Shown here: positions 12,747 through 26,089 of the stretch, piece after piece
Position numbering within the stretch: the first letter of the stretch is position 1
How the letters are laid out: every line of letters begins with the position of its first letter
NCBI GenBank assembly: GCA_045837725.1
Contig: JBEWZL010000048.1
Span: 248,001 to 296,616 of the forward strand
Direction: 5' to 3'
Origin: Vermamoeba vermiformis
Taxonomy: Eukaryota
DNA length: 48,616 bases
Made by a program: the position numbers and the translations under genes
Notes under the pieces: model-generated
What the model was told of the DNA's origin: nothing
The model's input: only the letters and a program-made list of their open reading frames with translations
Databases searched by the model: none

Positions 12747-14358
12747 TTATTTTTGGAAAGCAAAGGAGTACAGTTGGAAGTCTCTACTGCCAGTAAATAC
12801 GGTACTTCGTTTGGGCGACTGGATACTATTCAACCTCTCATCCAACTGCCTTGCCTCAGTGTCTCGCTTGTACTTCGCAACCAGCGACCTAATCCAGATC
12901 CCGTTAATAACACCTCGTATCATTTTTCAATCAATGGATATTACCTGTACGCCTTGATAGTTTCAAGCTCCATTTCGTCCGGCTTTATGATTTGAGAATG
13001 CTTCTCGTACATGTCGAGCATTCGTCTGCCGCCACAATTAGCCAAAGATAAAAATAAGCAGCGGTATTACACACCTAAACAAACCTTCCGCAATGAAATA
13101 GTTCTTCGTGCTCATTTGCGCTCTCACGACTACAGCGTCAATGTAGCGGTACACAAGTGCATCACGATCAAAGTACTTGTCCGCGAGTTCAACGGACTTT
13201 CTTGTAAGCGAATCAGCTGCTTTGCCGTCATCCTTAGTTACTAGCATCAGATCAGCGAGGTTGCAGTACAGTTCTGAGAGTGCTAAATCACGTGTAACAC
13301 TCGACTTGGTCTCCAAAGCAGTGATTGCTCGTTGAAACAAATCGTGTGCTTGCGAGTAGTCTTTAGTATGGAAATAATATCGACCGCGGTGGCCGTCAAT
13401 TAACGCTGAGTAGGTAGTGAGTACCTATACATGATTATGATTATACGCGTGATTTACTTACAAGAGATCTCCTTCGAATTGTCTTTGACTAATTCAGCAG
13501 CGCGCTCGAATCGTTCCAGAGCCATTTGATCACGTGATTGATCGCTCAATACGTCGTTGATGCCAAGACGAGTCCACGCCAATGCCTTCAGCTCTGCATC
13601 ACCCTCTTGCACATCAATGACTTCTTGTAATACTCGCGCAGCTTGTTCATATCGCTCTGCTTGTTGGCAGTAGAGTGCCCAATCAAATGCTGCTTCGATC
13701 CAATGCGCCCTGTTGTTTTGTCTAATCACGTGTCAGACACAGTTTGCGACCGTTAATTAGATCACCTACTTATCCTTTGACGCAGATTTGTACAGTTTTT
13801 CGAGCACCTTGCCGAGTTTATTGTATTTGTTTTGCTTAAAATAAATTCTGTGCGTGTCAGGTTAGATTTAAAGTACGCGATTGTCAGATCACTCAGTGGT
13901 ACGTACTTAGCGCACAAACGACGAATGGATATTGTAGAGGGATTGGATTCGCCCATTACTGACTCGCACACTTCAAGACTACGCTCTAACGGTGATTCTG
14001 CTTGTAAATACTTTTCCTGAAGCGTTCCACGTGGTGAGAAAAAATCGAAGGCAAAGTGACATTACCTGTTGAATTAATGCTTTGGCTTGTTCCAAATCAG
14101 GCATAGTAAATTCAAATGAGTTGCGTGCTTGTGTTGTTGAAAATTTTCTCTACAGGGCTGAATTAATTCACGGTGCAATTCAATACCAATTTTAATAATT
14201 ATACGGACCTGGCAATCTGGATTTTGATAGGCGAGTGTTTTTCCTGTAGACTTGGATTTTTTGCTTAATTTTAGTTGAGTCAGGGACGCAGTCGGAGCGG
14301 AGGCGGCTGCTCGAAAGCCATCCACGCGCTGGATTAATACTCGAAACCGTGGTAACAT
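12747..14358 (-). CDS. TPR-like helical repeat protein, possible mitochondrial presequence
   Basis: Spliceable exons with TPR-like helices (ERYEQAARVLQEVI, ALERFERAAEL, AHDLFQRAITAL); Arg/Ser/Ala-rich N-terminus MLPRFRVLIQRV; last exon ends FAFQK-TAA at 12747. Confidence 0.65.
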
Positions 14359-14496
14359 TGTGAATAGACTAGTCCCTCGTGGTCCAGAGACGGACTTTTT
14401 AGTTGATAATAGGCTTGCCCTGATAAAGTTTCAAAAGCGCGGCAGAACCTCTTTTCCGACGCTGCTTTCTGATCAACAAACACAGCGAATGAGCGA

Positions 14497-17400
14497 ATGA
14501 ATGGAACGATTGATACGAGTCAAAAACCTCTTATGAACAGGAGACAAGTCAAAGCGCGACGATCCTCACCACAACAAGCGCGCATGAACGTTCGAAACAG
14601 ATTGCAAGAGGCGATCGGTAACATCTAGCCCCACTAAAATCACTGCAAAATTAATTAATTATAATTTATTAATATAGGCAATTGGGTAAACGCCCTTGCA
14701 TCGTCCTCAGATGTCCAAAAAACATTAGAACAATTTTTATTATTTCGGAATCTTGTTGCCGAAGGTAAAAATATTACTTCTTATTGTTTTTCATCTAATT
14801 CCTGGTCCTACAATTTATTCATAATATATGTATATTAGCAAGTAGTGCAGCACATTTTAGTAACTCCCTCTCTGAGAGCCATCTCAGATTCACACAAATT
14901 TTTTTAACTGCATTTTGCTGAGAGTAAATTACGACATTAGTTTGAAACTATTTTTACTAAGATAGGATTCATTTAAAAATAATTTTAGCGTTATTTAAGG
15001 TTACATTTTCTCACACCACTTTTTATTTGACAGCTGAACTCGCAGCTCCAGTACTAGTTGAGCTTAAATATGGCGACACAATTTTAGAAAAAATTAAGAG
15101 TGACCACAAAGAAGAGCAAATAACCTATTTGTATGCCCTGAGTGACCTCGTCGATGTGGACAGATCTGGTAATACTTGACGGTTCAAGAAATTGAGATGC
15201 ATCATAATTGACCCGTCCTATTTGCAGGTCTACTCGGCAAAAACTTTTGCGAGCTGGGCATGATCGATGAAGTGCTCAAAATACTGCGCAGTATACCTTC
15301 TAACTACGACTTTGAAACACAACTCAAGACCTCGTGCATTTGTGCTTTATCGTCCCTTTACGTGCACGCTATTGGTACGAGATTGCATTAGTGCAGCATA
15401 CACATAGGGCTGCCTATTAACTGACTTGTTTTCACAGAATACGCTAACCAACAGTTGGATCAAAAAGACTTTGACATGATCAACAAAGTGTTGCAAATGA
15501 AATCAATGATGCACGTACACGCACGATGTTTGATATTCTTGAACAACATTTACGTATCTTGCGGCATTGAATTCCACGAGATTATTGCCAAACAAATGAT
15601 CTCGTCCATAATGACGCTGTTGATGTACAACGTGACCAATCACATCAAGTTAAAAAAGCAGCACTCCGCATTGTTCAAAAGGTAGGAGCACCTGACTGCT
15701 ATTCGTAGAGCCTGTTAACCAACATACTATTTAGCATTGGTGGCCAAGCCGCGGAAGTGGATCCAATGTTCGATGACAACTTGTACCCCGATCTGATTGA
15801 GAGTGCGTGCATTTTATTAGGCAACATCACCACCTCGCGTAAGTAGCCGGCAAGGCAATCAATTAGCACCGCTTCAGCAACTAACTTTCATTAGCTGAAC
15901 ACTGCGAGTTGGCAGAGAAGTACAGTTTGATTGACACGATCACTTTGTTGTTCCATAACAAAGACACTACTGTTGAGGCCTTGACCGAGATTGTCAAATG
16001 TTTCGGCAATATGGCCGTGTTGCAGGAAAACAGACAAAAGATTTACGAGAGCAACATTATGCCTATTGCAATCCGACTTATCAAAATGAAAGTGGATGAC
16101 GAATTGAAAGCCAATTTAACCCTTTTGTTCGCGAACATGTCCGGTTATGGTACGTGTTTTTGCTTTGAAGTCGTGTTCTAACATCGTCCGTACAGAAATG
16201 TGCAATCAACTGCTGATAAGCGGCGAAGTGATCAAACCAATGGCTGATTTATTAGACCCCGAGCACGAACACGCTCATCGCTATGCCATTCTTGCCCTGG
16301 CCAATCTGAGTGTGGACATCAATGCCATTCCCATGATGATGCAAGTGCCCGAGTTCCTGAGCCGCATCATCGACATGTGCTACTCGCCTGACAACTTCTT
16401 GCAGCGACAAGCCACGCGCGTGATTTATGCTATTTCGAGCTACCCTACTGGCGCGTTTTGGAATGATTTGACTAAAGCAGGAGTACCCGAGGCACTCAAG
16501 TACGTGATCAGTGTCGGTGGCAAGGACATTGATGACCTCCCTGCTGACAACAAGTTCACGTCTTCACTGCGTGACAAACCGCACGATGCAAACAAGCCTA
16601 GCGCACCACATCTCGCCACACAAGCCTTGTCGTTGTTGCAAGGCACGGCACTGCACTCTGCTCACTTCCAGGCCTCGAAGATGACGCACGCCATCAGTCA
16701 AGTGCAAAACAAGATCTTCACTGCACTCAACATAGACGATGATGTCGCTGCTGCTGGCAAAGACCCTGACCCAAAGAAAGCGCTTGAAGAGAAAGACAAG
16801 GGCAACGAGTTCTTCCGCAAGAAAAAATACAAGGACAGCATCATTTGGTACGTTGAGTCACCTAATTAATATCAAGGTACTAAGCAATTATTCAGCTACA
16901 CAAAGGCTATTGAATACGACCCAGCCAACCACACCAACTACAGCAACCGTTCTGCCGCCTATTGTAACCTCGAGCAGTATGAATTGGCATTGAAAGACGC
17001 AGAGAAGTGTGTGCAATTGGCACCGAACTGGGTGAAGGGCCACTTCAGAAAGGGCAAGGCACTGATTGGTCTGAAACAGTACACCGAAGCGATTGCTGCC
17101 TTGAAACAAGTAATGGTTCTGAATCGACTAGTCAGTCATATGCTAATCAACTACTAGGGCTTGAAATTAGAGCAGAACAAAGAGCTACAAGAAGCGTTGA
17201 AGCAAGCTACGTCCTTGTATGAGTTGAATAGCTAGACCTTAATGTGTATATTGACTCAGTATTTGAAGGGTGCAAGAGAATGGTGACTCACCCCTGCCAT
17301 TCAAATTTCAAAGTAAGTACCTCTCAGTCAAATAGCAGCTTTGATATTAATGCTCGAAACTCAGAATTGAATGCGGTACAAGTGATGGAATATCTTCGTC

Positions 17401-18572
17401 AACCAAATATGTTGAAGCACTCAGCCCATTTGTTGACGCAGCTGTTCACTCTGTTCAAGAAGTACTATTCAAATGATATTGACGCTCGTTCTCGTCGTGA
17501 ACTGATTGGTGCTGGTACGTACTATGGCACGAGTATGTTGAATATGAGTAGCGCTAACTTGTCTTAAGAAGGAGATGCAGATGACATTGGCATGCAACTG
17601 CACACGTGGAGCACGAGCACAGATCTGCAAGCACTGATGGAGGTACCGGGCATTGACGATTTGTTGTTCAAGACAGATCTGGTCGCTGAGCACATCAAGC
17701 GTCCCTTTGACGTAAGTACAATACACACTTTCATCACTGCACTCGTACTAAGCGCAGTCTGATCTACAGCAAACTCAAGACGATGTGGACATCTTTGAGA
17801 TTGATTTCTTTGAAGACATGAGCTGCTATCAATTTGCCTTCTTTGTCACAACAATCTTGGCACGTCTCGTGTTGCAAGGTCACTCCAAGTACGGTCTTCC
17901 TGCTTTGAAGAGATTGATTGCTCTCGACTCGGACAAAGCTGTAAGCTGCTAAATCTAATAATTTAATGAAAGCATTGCTAACCTGACCTGCAGGTGCGTG
18001 ACTCAGTGGGCAGTCCATTGACTCAGTCAACACTCCAAGTGTCAGGTGTTGGTGGCTGGGGATTGCCACGCATGCCCTCATTGCGCCAATTGTTCATTCA
18101 GTGCGGTGGCCTCAAGTGCATTGCTCTCGACAGCAACGACGACATTGTGTTCAAGACCTCGTGCGTCGAGTTCGTAATGAGTCTCGATCTCAATGAATGG
18201 AAGCAACGCACTCTGATTGACGTTGAAAGTGTGTTCGAACACTTCGTGGTACCGAGCTTGGAGTCCGACGACAAAGAGTTGCAGAACAAGGCCGTGACTG
18301 TGTTTGGCATGTTGTGTTGTGTGCCCATCTTCCGCGAGAACTTGGAGTCGTTTGGTGCCAAGTTCGAAGAGAGCAGTGCCTTCGTGAAATTTGTCACTGA
18401 AGAGTTCAAATCTCATCCCAATCTCAGTGCTATTGTCCCTGGTGAAGGCATCGAACACCTCGACTTGGACTCGTTCTATCGCGAGTTGGGCGAGACTACT
18501 GCGCGCAAGTGGCTCAATTTGCCTCCTGAAGAGAAGATCTCGCGGTACTTCACTTCCGAACACGACGAATGA
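14497..18572 (+). CDS. Armadillo-repeat plus TPR protein (ARM-TPR-helical C-domain)
   Basis: ARM-like segments (SACILLGNIT, CFGNMAV, YAILALANLS) then a co-chaperone-type TPR triplet (KDKGNEFFRKKKYKDSI, YSNRSAAYCNLEQYELALKDAEKC, KGHFRKGKALIGLKQY). Many GT-AG introns; start inferred. Confidence 0.75.
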
Positions 18573-18838
18573 AACTAAATATCTATTGAACGTATTATTG
18601 AACTAACATCACTGCAATTGTACCCAAATACAAATACTAAGTAAATCACACTCAATTACACATACTTTATCGTAAAGTCGTATGTTCTATTAGACTATTG
18701 GTTTAAAGAACACTTCTGAACATAAGGCAATGAGACAGTAGGTATGGGGAACAATTGCGTTTAATTGAGACTATGAACAATTGCTATGCACAAATATTAC
18801 ATGAAAGAATTGAGTTGCAGCACTAGCGACTCCTCCAA

Positions 18839-20335
18839 CTAATTGTTATTGTTACGAGGGATCACAGGTGTTGTAGGAGCCTTGATCGGGTTCATAATTC
18901 TCATCACATGCACTGGCGGTGTGCTCTGGCCTGCAGGACCTGCACCAGGACCTGCTCCGTTGGCAGCATAGTCGCGCGGTGTAGTGCCCATGCCAGCAGC
19001 GGCAACGGCGTCGGGACTCTCCATGTCACCATTGGGCTCGTTCTTCTTAGCAGCGAGCTCAACGGAGCGAGAATCTGCACGACGACGACGAGCACGACGG
19101 ATCAAGAAGAAAGCAACGATGGCGCCGGCGATGAGAGCAGCACCGACGAGACCAACGACGAGACCAACAATGAGGGGGATGTTGGGCGAGACAACGGCAA
19201 TTTGAACCGTGTCGAGAGGGGCAACCTTGTTGGAGGCAGCACGAGGTTGATCAATGGCGTAGACGAAGAGACCTTGGACTTCGCAGTTAGAATCAGTCAT
19301 GACGGCAGCAGCGGATTCAGAACCAGATCCAGCAAGCTCGATCAAGACTTGATCGGTGATCTCAGGAGCAAAGTTGATGCCCATTCTGGCATATCTGTTG
19401 CTAGCATAGACAGCAGACATTTCTATAATTGCAATTAGATCGTGCCTTTTAATTGGTATTTTGAGCGCTACTTACGTCCGTAGAGGAATTGAGTGAAGGA
19501 CTTGGTGCCATCTGTGGCGACGATGGCTTGGAAGGTGTTCAACTTGTCAACACGAGAGGGGAAGGTGCCGACGCGATACCAAGTAACAATGGTCATGGAG
19601 GTAGCCTCCCAGTTTTGCATATCTGTGAATAGAAATCTTGTTCAGGAAATTTGTTCGTTTTCTGGGAGTGTCAAGAAAACTTACCAGATTCGCTTGAAAA
19701 TGCTTCACGAATGATCTTAGAAGCACGCTTGAGAGAGTCAGCATCTTGAGTCTCACGGAAGTAGATAGCATTGCCGTCGCTGATGTCACCGCTGGCATCC
19801 AAGTCGAGCCAGTAGGGAGCAACAAATTTCTGTACACAGATCGCGATTAAAACTCTGTTGTGTGTCTACTATTTTCCAATTTTAGAATATTTAACATACC
19901 TGGTTAGGAACAGGGAAGGCAGAAGGAGCGGGCGAGTCAAAAGGCACATCTTCGATTTCGTTGGCTGAATCTCCGAAAGAAAGGAGACCATTGACGCCAA
20001 CGTAGATAGTGTCGTACTTGCGGTTGTTGTAGATTACAGGAACGGTAAGAGAAACGCTTTCTTTACCGTCGTCGACGGCATCTAAGCGAGCGTCGCCGTT
20101 GGTGTCACCGTAGGGATAGAACAGCTTGAGCGGCAGTCCTCGAGAATATTGGCAGGTACCAGTGTCCGAGCAATATTCTTCTGATCCACATTCGTTGTCT
20201 CCTGAGCAAGCAAATGCGCTGAAAATCACCGATTAGTATCGCGATCGTGCAATCAGATGTGGTCCAATTAACTTACCTTGATAACAAGCAGAAAGCAGCA
20301 AATACGACCAATAAGATCGTGTTACGTTTGTACAT
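18839..20335 (-). CDS. Type I membrane protein with extracellular NIDO domain
   Basis: Signal peptide MYKRNTILLVVFAAFCLL; small Cys module; NIDO-type motifs FYPYG, DDG, IYVGVNGLLSF, FVAPYWLDLD, IVTW, NTFQAIVATDG; TM helix LIVGLVVGLVGAALIAGAIVAFFLI followed by RRARRRR. Confidence 0.82.
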
Positions 20336-21518
20336 GTTGAGGTGGAGTATCGGAGTTATTTCGACGTGGATGTAGAGAGACGTGTTTTACAGAGAGAACT
20401 TGGCACAATATCAAGTCCTATTCTAACACGCTACGGTTATACTCTGAAGAGTTGTGTGCGCACAGTGCAAATGAAATGGTTTGAATAAAATTTACTGCCA
20501 CTCGAGTCCGATTTTATAGTTTTTCACGCGGAGGTTGGACCACTCAAAAATTTTCAATTTGACGCGGAATTGGTGGAAAACTGCTAAGGTTTTGCCTTAT
20601 TTGGACCGATCACGTGTCAATTTATCAACTTTATTGAGTTTCAGACCAGATCAATGTGATTCAACGTTCAGAAAGTACTGAAATAATTAATGATCGTTTT
20701 TCACCTTTTCAAGAAGAGCGGATGTAGCACTTCTGTAGACATCTTATCATTATGATTCATGAATGCTATGGAAATATGGATAGTATTCACTATTATGCAT
20801 GACCACTGATCATCTCAAAGCTCGAAGCAGATGGGCAACGTCAAATCTAACGCCGATGTCTGAGGACGTTACTGGCTGCGTATGAGCTTCGGGAAAGATA
20901 CACGTATGTTAATTTATAACCGCCACGTTTATACTTAATTAGTAAAATAAAGATTTGCTCGCCAAATCTTTTCAAGCAGTACAGGCCTAATTTGTACCGA
21001 GGATCCCGCGCTCCAAATCTTTTTGTAAATTATGTAAGGATTAAGAAGATAGCGCGTATCAAATAATTTTTATTCGGAGATATTCCAATTTGAATACCAC
21101 GTTACGCAAAAGTTACTCACAAAAATTGGCTAGAAAAGTAGAGAAATCTATTAAAAATTACAACGACGCGCCATGCTCAATTAAGGATAAGCAAATTAAT
21201 CCGTTTAATATATATCGATATTATGATAATTTAGAGGATCGTTTCGCAAAGTGCACTTACCAGTTTCATTAATGCTTTCAGGTCACATCCTTCAAAAGTC
21301 CTGTGTCTTCATTGTCCTTGCGTGCTTCGAATGCTATGGTAACTGCTATGACGGTCAGCCATTCTACAGCAGGGGTGCTATTGCTGTCTTACAATTGGGA
21401 ATGGAAATTTTAATGAGAGAAAGAGCTGCGGATCTACGCAACACACCTGAGCCATGATTTTAGCTTAAAATACACTATTATATACAGTTGAATATACTAG
21501 CTTGAACTTACACTACGG

Positions 21519-24127
21519 ATGTGGAAGCAAGTGCGACAACAAGAAAAGGCTATTATGGGCCTCATGGCTGATGCTAAAAAGCGTGCCGAACGCAAGGCAC
21601 AAATATTAGCAGCACAGGTATGAGATTAGAACGGCTATACTTATTTACATAAGCTAGATCTGCGACGATCTTTTGTTTTCAATTTGAAAATTCCTACAAT
21701 ATTGCGAGCACTATTTTAAAGCTAAATCTTAGATACACGGCATTGGTGACATATTATCGAGTCCTTAAAATATTTTTCTAACGTGTTCATTGATTTATCT
21801 GTGCAGACGGTGGATCCACTCTTAGTTCTACGTGCACAAGGCAAATCAATGACGTGCGTCGCGGACAGTAATCAACACGAGTCATTGGAGAGCAGAGCTA
21901 ACCTGTAGGACCCTAAATAATGGATATTTAAATATTCGTTAGATCCCGTCCTTTCAATTTGCTAAACACTCCTTTTAGAATGCCTTGGAACGACGATCAT
22001 CAGTGTTTAATTGATAGGCACGTTATCAGCACATTCGATTCTGCATATTAATGTCTATACAGGTTCGATGGTCGAGCTTTGTTGGATGCTACGGATGTAG
22101 CTCCTAGAGGCAATTTTAAGCTCGAAGAAAACAGAGATTTAGAACAGAATTTGAATTTTGAGCGATTCAGAGACATTATCGAGAACAAACGAGAGTTGGG
22201 TGCGTGAATACTGCTCATTTAAGGCCTTAAACACCTCTCTAATTATGTTGCCAGTGAGTGACAGCGAGGCATTGCAGCGAGTTGGACATGAGATCGAAGA
22301 ATTAGACTTCAAGTTGTACAACAAGACTGCACCTACTCACCGCGAGCTCGAGAAGCAAAGGTCAAAGTAAGTCCTTGGAGCTGTTCCATCATCGCAGCAA
22401 TAATATTAATTTGGCTTGTCAGACCGAAGCCTCAGCCCGCTTATCAACCAGGCACGGGTGAGTTCTCGAAGATGGGATTCAGGTACGAGGATGAGGACGC
22501 AGAGGACGAGGACGTGAAGAAGCCTGTGCCACGTGATCAGCGACCCAAGCGTGAAGAACGTGAAGAGGAGCCTGAACAACACGACACTAGTGCGAGTAAC
22601 AACAATAACAAAGACAATGAACAGAGCAAGCCTGAGCTCGTCAAAGAAGTGTCGCGTGACAAAGAGCGTGAAGTGAACAGCACGAGCAGACTGTACGGCA
22701 TTGAAGATTATGCACGCATGCTGCGACTAGACAACAATTGGCAGCGTGAACAGTTTGGCCTCAAGAACAAAGTAAGCAACAGTAACTGCCTTTACCAGCG
22801 GTGCTAATCCAATATTAGCGTGGTCGCAAGTTACGTGATCGAGTTCGCGACGCTGAGCCGAGCAGAAGTGAGAGCGACAGGAAAAGCACTCGCCCGCCCT
22901 GGAGGTATGGCTCATTGTGTGCCATTGACGGTACTAACAGATTCATCAGACGAGATGACGAGAGTCCTACTTACGATCGATACAAGCCTCTCTGGGCTGA
23001 CGATAAGTCTGAGAGTCGATCTAGATCCACGAGTCCAGCACGCGAAAACAAGATTGAGTTCATTGATGAGATTGAATTCGATGCTGAAACTGTACCATCG
23101 AGTGCAGGAATAGATATTGATGAGCCAATTGAGAGCGCACCTGCTGTCAAACCTTTGAAAAAGTAAGTCAAATACACTTACAAACCCGTCTAACACTTGG
23201 TGACAGATCTGACGACAAACCTGCGCAAAGCACAACACCCAACATTGCGCGCAAAGAGACCCCACAAGAGAAGCTAATGCGAAAGATGCGCCACGCACTC
23301 GACAAGACACGTACGACTATATGACGCAGGTCGTGTTGTTTGTTGCTAACACGGAACTTTAGGGCGAAAAGATGAAGAGGAAACACGGCGCAAAGAGGCA
23401 GAGCGTGAAGAAGAACGCAGACACAGAGAACAGCTCTTAGAACGGCAAGCACGCGAGTTAGAGGAATTGCAGCGAGCTAAAGAGGGAGAATTTGACGTGC
23501 ATCAGTGGAGCAGAATGAGTGAGTTGACGAGTACTGCGAGATACCCGTTTACTAACGATTTGTAGACAAGTCAAAATCAAGGAGCAGATCCAGGAGTAGA
23601 TCTCGAGGACGATCGCGTGAGTACTCTATGAGCAATCAGATTGTCAATTTGCTGACGCTTAACAGCATCTATGAAAAGAAAAAGCAAATCCAAGAGCAGA
23701 TCCAGATCTCGCTCACGAAGTCGATCACGACAGCGCAGTGACAGACGTCGCTCGAGGTCTCGATCACGCAGCCCATCAAGGCATAGAAGAAGATCACGAT
23801 CACGAAGCAGACGATCGAGATCACGAGAAAGGCGAAGGTCCAGATCTAGGTCGCGGGACAGAAGATCTCGCTCACGCAGTACGTACCTCTTGTTCCATGA
23901 ACACGTGACGTCACTAATACTTTATAGACCGCAAAAGAAAGTCACGCAGTCGTAGTGGCAGCAGAGAACGCAAGAGACAAAAACAATCCGAGCCCAGTGC
24001 AGCGAAGACTGAACCTGCGAAAAAAGTGTCAAAGCTCGACGAGCTGTTGAAACAAGCTGAAGAGAAGGCGAAGAAACTTGCTGAAGAAAACAAAGCAAAG
24101 AAAGCGCTTGCTAATCGAAGGAAGTAA
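21519..24127 (+). CDS. CLASRP: CLK4-associating serine/arginine-rich protein (SWAP N-terminal domain plus RS domain)
   Basis: Spliced N-terminus MWKQVRQQEKAIMGLMADAKKRAERK..DPL..NLMPWND..LIDRFDGRALLD matches the CLASRP pattern MWHEAR..KKRAERR..MPW..IDRFDVRAHLD; also LNFERFR, SPTYDRY and a long RS tract ~23570-23960. Confidence 0.88.
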
Positions 24128-24180
24128 AGGGAAAATTTTACTCTGAAAGTATCGTCAGATCCGTAATGGTTACATTTGCA

Positions 24181-26089
24181 CTAATGCTCGCACAAGTTGT
24201 AGTCCTCACTGTCTTCTGACTCTTCAAATTCAAGTGTCTTTTCAAATGCGTACGTGGTGCGTCTAACGTAGCGTTTGCGCTCATCCATGAGTTCGAGTCG
24301 ATACTCCTTGGCCTTGTCAAGTGTCATGCCAAAATCAACGTTTTTCAATATCTCTTGCATCAGTTCATTCGGCAAGTCTTCAAATCTCGTGCCTTGACGC
24401 TTGGCTACCTCCATTTTAATCCATTCTGATTGCTGAGGCGGCACGTTAGCTGTGGACAAGACAGGTGTGACTGGATCGACCAAAAAGAATACAAGAATCT
24501 TTCTGACACCAGGTTTGGTGGCATCGACCAATCGGAACGGCGCGACTTTGTGCTGGTACAAATTTGGAAATACGATGCATCGATCTTCCTTGGTGAGAAT
24601 GCTGCCGAGCTTCTGATTGCCTGGAGTACCTCGTTTGATATTATAGATGGTAGCTGCCATACTCTCCTTTTCATCCTTGTTATCCAAGAAGCCGAGATCG
24701 GGCATTTTGACAGCCTGTCTGAACTCCAAGCGTGACTCGCTGATATTCTCTGAGGTGTAGTAATAAATGCCAGTTGCCACGATACGTTCATTGACCATGC
24801 CTTCAACGTGCCACACTCCACCATCGTACTCCGGATTCTCAGGTGTCAACACGATGTTCGCCAATTTGACGATTACTTGCAACTCGCGGCCGTTCAAGTT
24901 GACCACAGAGGGCGGTGCGTTAATGTCTTTGTACACGGGAACACTCTCCAGCTCATAGTCCTCAGTCTCGTCATTCCAATGATAATCCTCGGGATTGAAT
25001 CTGAGTGCTCGTGGGTGCACGACATCGGTCAGCACTTTGTTGAACATGGGCACGAACTCCTCGAAGATTGATGCGAGTGACTTGTACAAGTCGGCGTGTG
25101 TTTCTGGGTGCAAATTGTTTATGTACGATGCAATGGTGACTCTGCCCTCTTCGTCGACATTGAACTCTGATGGCAACCACTGGAACTGGGTGGATTTGCC
25201 TGGGTGGTGATTAGGCTCCCTAGGCAACATTAGCATAACGCCTATCCGTAATAATACAATGCGACGTACTCAGGAATGGCCGACACATTTCCAGCCCCGA
25301 TGAATTGACCCCACGGCAGTTGTTTGCGTGTCACTTTTGTCACACCACTCACGTAACAATGCAGCGACGGATGCACGAGATCGAGCACTTGGTCGTCAGA
25401 GTCCGGGTGCCAGTCTTTGTCTGCATCAGGAACATTCTCCAGCGCTGCGACTTGCTTGGCAAAAGTAGCTTTGAGATCCGCGGGGATCAAGTTGTCGGCT
25501 TGGTAAGCACCTTCAACTGTGGCCATTTCAATAGGACCATCAATGCAGAAGGCGTAATATTGTTCCAACTCCTTAAAAACGTAGTTAACCACCGCCTCGT
25601 CAGCACCTGTGGATCCAGCGGTTAGCATTAGGATAATTACCGACTGAAATTGTTTAAATTTGTCGTGACCAGTACGTTTCCATAATATTTAACTTCGATC
25701 ATAGATAATTTACCTTGATCCAAGGCTTCTGATTTCCATTTTCTTCGAATATGATCGTCAAAAAATTTAGAAAGCCAATTAGGCTTCTCACGAATAGTCT
25801 GACTAATTTTCATTATCTCCAATTCATCCTTAGAGAATGGCTCAGCTCCATTAGTCGTCTCCTCATCCTCTCCAGTCGGGATCACGTCAAAGACGGTTGG
25901 CAATGGTTTGTTTAATGGGTACACCGGGATCTTGGGGTCGACTTTCCTCTTCGGGGGTTGCTTTTTGGCGTTAGTGTTGCTTTGAGACGTGGCTAGATCC
26001 GATGAGTCGTCGTTTTCTGCCATTTTGGCCTTCTTTTCTTTAGGCCCTTCCTCGTCTTTGTCTTCTTCTCTCTTTCTCTTTGGCGGCAT
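24181..26089 (-). CDS. DUF4246 family protein (predicted 2OG-Fe(II) oxygenase-like)
   Basis: Motifs DWHPDSDDQVLDLVHPS, FQWLPSEF, SYINNLHP, LQVIVKLANIVLTPE, WHVEG, FPNLYQHKV, RKILVFFLVDP, terminal YNLCEH; two introns; NLS-like start MPPKRKR. Confidence 0.85.

Noticed and set aside
21905-21910. GTAGGA donor as a minor (U12) intron
   Set aside because: No RTATCCTT donor or TCCTTAAC branch; GTAGG donors also occur in other genes here.
23570-23960. AGATC/CGATCACG repeats as a tandem or CRISPR-like array
   Set aside because: They are Arg-Ser codons of the CLASRP RS domain; no constant repeat-spacer structure.
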